In this document: piece by piece, positions 50,392-57,793 of the stretch | How the letters are laid out: each line of letters opens with the position of its first letter | How positions within the stretch are numbered: the stretch's first letter is position 1 | Source of the DNA: a virus | Lineage: Duplodnaviria; Caudoviricetes | DNA length: 59,109 nucleotides | Direction: 5' to 3' (one strand) | Virus record (IMG/VR): IMGVR_UViG_3300032246_000466 | Coordinates: 1-59,109 of that record | Made by a program: the position numbers and the translations under genes | Notes under the pieces: generated by a model | Databases searched by the model: none | What the model was told of the DNA's origin: nothing | The model's input: only the letters and a program-made list of their open reading frames with translations

Positions 50392-52313
50392 TGTATAAAC
50401 TAAGTTTTGTAAATCCAAACTTTCAGCAAGGTCCTAAAGAATTCAACGCATATTATCTTCCGTACAGTGCTGGAATTCTGTGGTCGTATGCCAGTCAGTT
50501 TCCTGAAATATCTGAGAAGTTTGAACTATGTGAATTTATTTGGCGACGAGAAGATTTGGCGGATGCTATCGCCAAAATAGGTGATAGTGACATTATAGGG
50601 TTTAGCACGTACATATGGAACAAAAGTTATAATTACGCATTAGCACGACGGATTAAAGAATTAAATCCTAAGTGTGTGATTATGTTTGGTGGCCCTGAAC
50701 CTCCTATTGAAAAATCTGATATCTTTGAGCGTTATCCTTTTATTGATATCGTAGTCAAGCAAGAAGGTGAAAAAACATTCAAAGATGTTTTGGATCACTT
50801 TGAAACTCGTGATTTTGAAAATGTACCTGGACTATTAGTAAATCATAGCGGTAAAGTATTTACAACGGCTAAACGTGAACGTATTGATGATATAGATGTT
50901 GTGCCTAGTCCGTATTTGACCGGCGTATTTGACAAGCTGATGGCAGAGAATCTCGATGTTGAATGGAACGCTGTACTAGAATCTAATCGCGGATGCCCTT
51001 ATCAATGCACATTTTGTGATTGGGGAAGTTTAACTTACAACAAGGTTAAGAAGTTTTCTCTTTGTAGAGTTACAGATGAATTAGAATGGATGGGTCAACA
51101 TAAGATTGGATTTATAAGTATTGCTGACGCAAACTTTGGAATCTTTCCAGAGCGTGATAATCTAATTGCTGATAAATTGATTGAGATTCAAAAGAATTAT
51201 AACTGTCCTAATGCGTACACAATCAGCTGGGCAAAGAATCAAAAGCAAGAAGTTATTAATATTGTAAAAAAGTTGATTGACAACGGAGCACGACTTGGTT
51301 TAACAGTAAGTGTACAAAGTTTAACTGATAATGTATTAGAGATTATTAAGCGTAAAAATTTAGGGATAAATCAAATTGAAAATATTTTTGAGCAATGTGA
51401 CAAGGAAAACATACCTCTCATCACTGAACTTATATTGGGTTTACCCGGTGAAACATTAACCAGTTGGAAAGAAAACTATTATAGACTTTTTCGTTCTAAC
51501 AACCACACAGGCATAACAACATACAATGCTCAGTTGCTTGAAAATGCTGAGATGAATCTTAGTCAACGTAAAATGTATAAAATTGAAACTGCTATAGTTA
51601 AAGATTACTTATGCGGAGCCAATAACGAACATGAACTTGAAGAAGGTGTTGAAATAGTAAGCGGAACTCGGGATATGCCACATGAAAATTTATTAGAAGC
51701 CATGTTGTTTACTTGGTTTATGAATACGTTTCATATTAATGGGTTGAGTAATATTATAAGTAGATTTGCACACAAATATAGTAATGTTGATTACAAAGAC
51801 TTCTACGATGATTTATACGAATATCTTCTACAAGACCCGTGGTTCTTTAATGAAATGAACGAAACAAAGAACTACTACAAAGAGTGGTTTGCAAATGGTG
51901 TAATTAATCATCCTAAGGTAGGCACCACTGACGTATACGGGATGAATCTTGGACAACGTACTAGTATTAGTATACATACTGACGGTAAATATGATTATGT
52001 ATTTGATTTGTTAGAAACATATTATCGTCAGAAATTTCTCAAACAAGAACAGTACGTCAGTGATTTATTTACCATACAAAAAAATTATTATATACGATAT
52101 GACAAGTTAAAGAGTTATCCTAATTGTGTTACTGTTGATAATAACATATTGGGCTATATACAAACAAATGAACCTCTCTGTGCTACAACTGAATATCTAT
52201 TTGAATGTCAAGAAGATAAGGATATGAGTTTAACAAGATTCTGTGAAAGTTTGTGGTTTGGTAGACGAAGAAATTTTGGTAAAGCAATTGTAACTTATAA
52301 GGTTGTAAGATGA
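50391..52313 (+). CDS. Cobalamin (B12)-binding radical SAM enzyme (class B methyltransferase-like)
   Basis: B12-binding Rossmann segment LPYSAG...DIIGFSTYIWN...MFGGPE...EGE, then ESNRGCPYQCTFCDW, DANFG, SVQS, ELILGLPGET. Confidence 0.9.
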   Translation: MYKLSFVNPNFQQGPKEFNAYYLPYSAGILWSYASQFPEISEKFELCEFIWRREDLADAIAKIGDSDIIGFSTYIWNKSYNYALARRIKELNPKCVIMFGGPEPPIEKSDIFERYPFIDIVVKQEGEKTFKDVLDHFETRDFENVPGLLVNHSGKVFTTAKRERIDDIDVVPSPYLTGVFDKLMAENLDVEWNAVLESNRGCPYQCTFCDWGSLTYNKVKKFSLCRVTDELEWMGQHKIGFISIADANFGIFPERDNLIADKLIEIQKNYNCPNAYTISWAKNQKQEVINIVKKLIDNGARLGLTVSVQSLTDNVLEIIKRKNLGINQIENIFEQCDKENIPLITELILGLPGETLTSWKENYYRLFRSNNHTGITTYNAQLLENAEMNLSQRKMYKIETAIVKDYLCGANNEHELEEGVEIVSGTRDMPHENLLEAMLFTWFMNTFHINGLSNIISRFAHKYSNVDYKDFYDDLYEYLLQDPWFFNEMNETKNYYKEWFANGVINHPKVGTTDVYGMNLGQRTSISIHTDGKYDYVFDLLETYYRQKFLKQEQYVSDLFTIQKNYYIRYDKLKSYPNCVTVDNNILGYIQTNEPLCATTEYLFECQEDKDMSLTRFCESLWFGRRRNFGKAIVTYKVVR

Positions 52314-53164
52314 GTAGGTTGATAGTATCTGGTTGTAGTTTTACTAATTATTTTCATCCAACGTGGGCTTGGTTTTTAAGTAGCGCATATGATGAGACTT
52401 ATAATTACGGTCAAGCAGGCGCCGGTAATGAATACATTTATCATAGTATAGTTGATGCTGATACTGATTTGCACTTAAACAAAGATGACACTGTTGTAAT
52501 TGCTTGGTCTGGGTATTATAGGTTTGATCGTTTTGCTGAATTTGATGAGCGCATAAAATGGGGAACTAAGTGGAAAACTAACGGGGATTGGAGTCATGAT
52601 CCTAAATTTAAGACACTAGAACAATTTGTAAATAATGAAGGATGGATAAGAAAATCAATAAATTACATAGCTTCCACAGCTAGATATTTGAAGTCTAAAA
52701 ATATTAAATATGTATTCACTTCTTTGTATGACTTAAACATAAAATTTGACAATAAGATGCACGCCGATCCTTATATCGTTAAATTATTAGCTGATATAAA
52801 AAATGATAATTTTATATATGCAGAAGGATTATCATCATTCGTTTTTAACTACCGAAAACAAACTAAAAGCGCAGCATATAGTTCTCACCCTAATTTAAGA
52901 GAACACCAATTATTAGCAAGTGGAATTGCAGCTAAGTTAGGAGTAACAATTGACACCCATACTGATTTACAACAATACGATACGTTGATTGACTCATCTA
53001 ATCAAGAAGTTTTTGGTAAAATATTGCCTTTACTTGATACTAAAAATTATGCACGTATTCTAACAACAACCAATCCAGAGTGTTTATCTGCAACTATTGA
53101 AAAATATTACCCTACAACGATGCAAGAATATAAAAAAGTAGCTGGCTCGCTATTGATTAAATAA
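52310..53164 (+). CDS. SGNH/GDSL-like protein (GCS variant)
   Basis: IVSGCSFT, NYGQAGAGN, IAWSGYYRFD, SSHPNLREH. Confidence 0.55.
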   Translation: MSRLIVSGCSFTNYFHPTWAWFLSSAYDETYNYGQAGAGNEYIYHSIVDADTDLHLNKDDTVVIAWSGYYRFDRFAEFDERIKWGTKWKTNGDWSHDPKFKTLEQFVNNEGWIRKSINYIASTARYLKSKNIKYVFTSLYDLNIKFDNKMHADPYIVKLLADIKNDNFIYAEGLSSFVFNYRKQTKSAAYSSHPNLREHQLLASGIAAKLGVTIDTHTDLQQYDTLIDSSNQEVFGKILPLLDTKNYARILTTTNPECLSATIEKYYPTTMQEYKKVAGSLLIK

Positions 53165-53226
53165 TCATCATACGCTGTAATTAATTAGGTCATTGTGAAA
53201 CTGTAACAGATAATAAGGAGATAGTT

Positions 53227-55467
53227 TTGGATTTTAATCTTAAGGGTCTTGCAAGGCAAGATGTTGTTGCCCGAGAAAAGCCCACTGAAGATATATCAGA
53301 TGCTCGCCATCGTAGTATGATGGAAGCAATTGCACCCTATGCGAAAAAAACAGAACAAAAAAATCTTACTCCTGTTTATGTAGATTACAAAACACGTAAA
53401 ACAAAACTTGTATTAGTATTATGCCCTGAATGGAGTCCCTATATGCCTCCATTCAGTCTAGCTAGACTTAGTGGTATAGCAAAGAGTTCAGGATATGAAA
53501 CTCATATCATGGATTTGAATGTAAAAGCATACAACGAATATAGAACTGACTGGCAGCCTAACAATAAATTACCATTTAGATTATGGGATCCTAGCAGTAG
53601 CTGGCATTGGTTAGGGGACACGTACATGAACGACATTCATCCTGTACTGGAACCTATACTTAGTAAAGCAGTAGATGATATTGTTGCATTGAACCCTGAA
53701 GTTGTGGGTTTTAGTATCTATTATATTAGTGAAGAACCCAGTAAATGGATGTGCCGTGAATTGAAGCGTAGGCTTCCTAACATAAAGATTGCAGTGGGAG
53801 GACCCAACGTACACAAGAGTTGGTTTAAAACTGAACCTTACTATGACTATGTTGTAGTCGGTGAAGGTGAAGCAAACTTATTAGTATTGCTTGATGAAGT
53901 TGAAGCTGGTATTACTCATGCTGAACCAAAGATATTAGATCAACCCGAAGATCAACGTATTAACATCAACGGCTTACCTATGCCAGATTATGAATCTATT
54001 GATTTTAGTCAATATGAACTACCAAATGGTGTTAATACTGAAATAAGTCGTGGCTGTACTGCTAAGTGTACGTTCTGCGAAGAAACACATTTTTGGAAAT
54101 ATCGTCAACGACAAGCTGTTGACTTGATTGACGAAATTGAATGGCTATATTACAACAAGGGCACTGATGTAGTTTGGTTCATTGATAGTCTAGTGAACGG
54201 TAACTTAAAAGAACTACGTGCATTCGTTAAGGGTGTTGCTGCTAAAGACTTGAAGATCAAGTGGACAGGTTATGCACGATGCGACGGACGCATGGACTTA
54301 GAATACTATAAAGACCTAGCCGCCGGTGGTTGTATTATGTTTAACTATGGCATTGAGTCTGGTAGTCAAAAAGTATTAGATGATATGGCAAAGGGTGTTA
54401 CTATTGCTGAGATGGAACAGAACTTCATTGACGGTAAGAAAGTAGGTATCTGGGCAGCAACTAACTGGATAGTTGGATTCCCTACAGAAGATTTTCAAGA
54501 CTATGCTGATAGTATGACATTGTTATGGCGTATGCGTAACAACAATATCAACAACGCAGGTCTTGGCGTAGGCTATGGATTAGGTCCAGAAACTATTGTA
54601 GGACAGAATCCGCACAAGTTTAATATCAGTTGGCACAAATATCAAGGGCATTGGATTAGTAATGACTTTAAGATAGGTGGCACACATGTTATGACACGGG
54701 TCAAAACATTTCATATGTTTGCAGACTTCTTACAGGGATGCACTGAAGTACCTGTTGGATATCCCGTACGTGATAGTTTAGCCAAAGATCATTACAAAAT
54801 TGAACTGAATGATCCTACAAATATTAAAGAGATTGAGTACGAAAAGTTTGATTACAATATAATCAAGGCAGATATCAATCCATTTGCTGACACACTAGTG
54901 AATGAAATGTGGCCTTTCTTTAGAATGTTATGGAAAACACGCGGTGGATACAAAGCCGAAGTAAAATTTAATCCCGAGATAGACTTGAAAGAGTTTGGTA
55001 GTCAGTTTGGTCCCGGTATGTATTATGCAACGTATAAGTTTAATATAACAGATGACGGTAAATGGGACGCAGACTTTGATATCATTTTTAATCAAGTTGA
55101 CAACAACTTTGACGATAGAGAACCTCCACCTTTGGGACGTAAGGGTCCATTCTATGCACAGGATTATAGTAGACTACAAAGTAATACTACAAAACGTGCT
55201 AGAAAGTTAGCAAAGCCTACATGGGACGATCAAGAAGGTCGTAGTGGCCAAGACTTTGCTGATTTACTAAATGAAGAGGAACTATTAAACAAAACTATTG
55301 ACTTTTCATTTAAATTACACTGGGTTGAATCAGGTGATTGGGGTAATTATAGTGACTACGAAGTGCAAGTTTCTGATATTACAAATGTTGTTATACCCGA
55401 AAAAGAATCAATGTCAAAGCAAGAAGTTGTTACAATTGACGTAGCCGCTATTACAAAACGCAGGTAA
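53227..55467 (+). CDS. Cobalamin (B12)-binding radical SAM enzyme with N- and C-terminal extensions
   Basis: TTG start with an AAGGAG ribosome-binding site; PPFSLARL...PEVVGFSIY...AVGGP...GEGE; EISRGCTAKCTFC; GIESGSQKVL; WIVGFPTE. Confidence 0.9.
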   Translation: MDFNLKGLARQDVVAREKPTEDISDARHRSMMEAIAPYAKKTEQKNLTPVYVDYKTRKTKLVLVLCPEWSPYMPPFSLARLSGIAKSSGYETHIMDLNVKAYNEYRTDWQPNNKLPFRLWDPSSSWHWLGDTYMNDIHPVLEPILSKAVDDIVALNPEVVGFSIYYISEEPSKWMCRELKRRLPNIKIAVGGPNVHKSWFKTEPYYDYVVVGEGEANLLVLLDEVEAGITHAEPKILDQPEDQRININGLPMPDYESIDFSQYELPNGVNTEISRGCTAKCTFCEETHFWKYRQRQAVDLIDEIEWLYYNKGTDVVWFIDSLVNGNLKELRAFVKGVAAKDLKIKWTGYARCDGRMDLEYYKDLAAGGCIMFNYGIESGSQKVLDDMAKGVTIAEMEQNFIDGKKVGIWAATNWIVGFPTEDFQDYADSMTLLWRMRNNNINNAGLGVGYGLGPETIVGQNPHKFNISWHKYQGHWISNDFKIGGTHVMTRVKTFHMFADFLQGCTEVPVGYPVRDSLAKDHYKIELNDPTNIKEIEYEKFDYNIIKADINPFADTLVNEMWPFFRMLWKTRGGYKAEVKFNPEIDLKEFGSQFGPGMYYATYKFNITDDGKWDADFDIIFNQVDNNFDDREPPPLGRKGPFYAQDYSRLQSNTTKRARKLAKPTWDDQEGRSGQDFADLLNEEELLNKTIDFSFKLHWVESGDWGNYSDYEVQVSDITNVVIPEKESMSKQEVVTIDVAAITKRR

Positions 55468-55469
55468 AA

Positions 55470-56231
55470 ATGAAAGAGAAAATAATGTTAATTGCCGGAT
55501 GCAGTCATGCGTCTGGTTCAGAAATTGATGGAAATCAAGACTCAACGTATAATAGACAGAACTCATTTGGTAATATTTTAGCAACTAAGTTAGGATATAA
55601 ACCAATTAATATGGCAGAGCCCGGTTCTACCAATCCAACAATTGCAAGAAGCATTTTACAATGGTTTAGTGAGAAATACCATGCTGAAACTATGAAAGTT
55701 TTTGTATTAGTTAGTTGGACTGATAGTACTAGAATGGAAGTTCCTTGGCATAGAAAAACGTGGTTTGGAGACCACAATCCTTTTAATGATTATCATGCTA
55801 GCACCGGTGTAGATTTTAATCGTATCAATTTGGGATGGCCCGGGGGTGATGCAGAAGAAAAGATGTTTATTGCGGAGTATCATAAATTTATAGCTAAGAA
55901 TGAAAAGTATTTGGAAATAGCAAGTGCTAATTCGGTACTACAATTACAATACTTTTTTAAGTCAAAAAATATAGAATATTTAATGTGCAATGCATCATAT
56001 ATGTTTCAACCTCGAGATACATATACCAATTTTTACTTAGACCAAATTGACAACACTAAATATTATGATATGGAAGATAATGAAAAGTCTTTCTATGTGA
56101 AATACAAAAATGCCGGATATACTAATCCAAAAGCAAAGTATTGGCATCATAATGAAACTCCTCATGCATTATATGCCGACGAGTTATATAATTTTATAGG
56201 AGAAAATAATGTTCTTAGTAAGATGGTTTAA
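55470..56231 (+). CDS. SGNH/GDSL-like protein (GCS variant)
   Basis: LIAGCSHASG, NMAEPGSTN, LVSWTDSTR, C-terminal WHHNETPHALYA. Confidence 0.55.
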   Translation: MKEKIMLIAGCSHASGSEIDGNQDSTYNRQNSFGNILATKLGYKPINMAEPGSTNPTIARSILQWFSEKYHAETMKVFVLVSWTDSTRMEVPWHRKTWFGDHNPFNDYHASTGVDFNRINLGWPGGDAEEKMFIAEYHKFIAKNEKYLEIASANSVLQLQYFFKSKNIEYLMCNASYMFQPRDTYTNFYLDQIDNTKYYDMEDNEKSFYVKYKNAGYTNPKAKYWHHNETPHALYADELYNFIGENNVLSKMV

Positions 56232-56307
56232 TTATTTAGTAAGAGAATATAAGTACCGTAAACGTATCAAAGAATTACGTAAAAGAGACCCCTTCATTTA
56301 CAAATGA
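56209..56307 (+). CDS. 32-aa basic peptide coupled to the carbamoyltransferase (not in the ORF track)
   Basis: MFLVRWFNYLVREYKYRKRIKELRKRDPFIYK*. AGGAG at 56198-56202, ATG at 56209; its TGA overlaps the carbamoyltransferase ATG (ATGA, 56304-56307). Confidence 0.75.
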   Translation: MFLVRWFNYLVREYKYRKRIKELRKRDPFIYK

Positions 56308-57785
56308 ATTACATAGGTATAAGTGCTGGTTTCCATGATGCTGCAATAAGTGTAGTAGATGGCCATGGCAACATATTGTTTGCTGGTCATAGTGAGCGTT
56401 ATAGTAAAAACAAGCACGACAAAGATGTATGCAAAGAATTGTTGTTAGATGCATATAACCATACTAACTCTCCCTACTTACAGTATCATTACTATGAACG
56501 TCCATGGTTAAAATCATTACGCCAACTACGCACTGGTGAGGGCTTTAGTTGGCCGTCTTGGGAAAAGATATTAGGTTCTACCTATCATCAGATGGGTACT
56601 CCAAAGATTCATACACACGGGCATCATCTATGTCATGCAGCAGCCGGGTTCCAAACAAGTCCATTTGAAGATGCTACAGTCGTAGTAATTGATGCTATAG
56701 GTGAGTTTGATACAGTTACTATATGGGATGCATGGTATGATTTCTCGTCAGGTAAAGCAGAATATCAAAAATTATGGAGTATGCGATATCCAGATAGTAT
56801 TGGATTATTCTATTCAGCAATGACTGAACGAGTTGGACTACGCCCACTTGACGAAGAATACATTCTCATGGGCATGGCAGCGTATGGAGAACCAGTTCAC
56901 CTTCAAGAAATGATTACTGAGTTTGTAGATAGTAAAGATATATTTACGTTTAAGCAAAATCTACATACTGGTGTTAGTAAAGATTTCTTAAAAGACGCTA
57001 ATCCAATGGACATTGCTAGCAGCAGTCAACACTTAGTTGAGTATATGATTACTAGAGTAATGAGCAAAGCTAGAACACTGGGTCGTAGTAGAAATTTAGT
57101 ATATGGTGGTGGTGTAGCATTGAATTGTTTAGCAAATAGACTATTGGGAAACTTCTATGAAAATATTTGGATTATGCCTAATCCCGGTGATGCGGGTAAT
57201 AGTCTTGGTGCAGCGTGTCTTGGGTATGGTGCTAAAACTAATTGGACTGATGCTTTTCTTGGCCATAATATTAGTGGCAAGTATCCTGTTAACAACATAC
57301 TTGATGTGTTACTTACTGATCGCATTGTTGGTGTTGCGTCAGGACGAGCAGAGTTTGGCCCGAGAGCGTTGGGAAACCGTAGTCTACTTGCAGATCCAAG
57401 AGGTGATGAAATAAAAGACAAAGTAAATGAAATCAAACGTAGACAAAAGTTTAGACCATTTGCTCCTGTCATATTAGAAGAATATGCTCATCAATATTTT
57501 GATATGCCTAAGCACTGGCATGATAGTAGATATATGCAAGTGATTAGTAAATGTAAGTATCCTGAAAAATTTCCTGCAATTGTACACCATGATTGGACTA
57601 GTCGTGTGCAAACTGTTCCAAAAGATGGTTCTGGAATTAGAGAGTTACTAGAGAAATGGTATGTATTGACTGATTGTCCAATGCTATTAAACACAAGTTT
57701 AAATATTCGCGGTGAACCAATGGTCAATGATAGAGATGATGCAGACAGATTTGAAAAACTATATGGGGTTAAAGTTTTATCATAA
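56304..57785 (+). CDS. O-carbamoyltransferase, NodU/CmcH/TobZ family
   Basis: GFHDAA, HHLCHAAAGF, VIDAIGE, MGMAAYG, GGVALNC, PGDAG, GRAEFGPRALGNRS, FRPFAP, RVQTV, LLNTSLNIRGEP. Confidence 0.93.
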   Translation: MNYIGISAGFHDAAISVVDGHGNILFAGHSERYSKNKHDKDVCKELLLDAYNHTNSPYLQYHYYERPWLKSLRQLRTGEGFSWPSWEKILGSTYHQMGTPKIHTHGHHLCHAAAGFQTSPFEDATVVVIDAIGEFDTVTIWDAWYDFSSGKAEYQKLWSMRYPDSIGLFYSAMTERVGLRPLDEEYILMGMAAYGEPVHLQEMITEFVDSKDIFTFKQNLHTGVSKDFLKDANPMDIASSSQHLVEYMITRVMSKARTLGRSRNLVYGGGVALNCLANRLLGNFYENIWIMPNPGDAGNSLGAACLGYGAKTNWTDAFLGHNISGKYPVNNILDVLLTDRIVGVASGRAEFGPRALGNRSLLADPRGDEIKDKVNEIKRRQKFRPFAPVILEEYAHQYFDMPKHWHDSRYMQVISKCKYPEKFPAIVHHDWTSRVQTVPKDGSGIRELLEKWYVLTDCPMLLNTSLNIRGEPMVNDRDDADRFEKLYGVKVLS

Positions 57786-57788
57786 GTA
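57781..57788 (+). promoter_or_regulatory. Late promoter-like variant (CATAAGTA)
   Basis: Identical to the 8-mer at 12382; precedes ATG 57794; overlaps a stop codon. Confidence 0.3.
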
Positions 57789-57793
57789 ATTAA

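Noticed and set aside
53165-53226. tRNA, riboswitch or other ncRNA in the largest gap, upstream of a B12 enzyme
   Set aside because: The gap is only 62 nt and AT-rich, with no cloverleaf or cobalamin-riboswitch core; it contains just a ribosome-binding site, with a TAAATA box overlapping the upstream stop.
38213-57785. A classical RiPP cluster or a bacterial secondary-metabolite island
   Set aside because: No RRE/PqqD domain, peptidase, transporter or leader-core precursor is evident, and glycosyltransferases and a sugar epimerase dominate. The genes are continuous with phage structural genes in strand and spacing. RiPP is kept only as a minor alternative for the 32-aa peptide.
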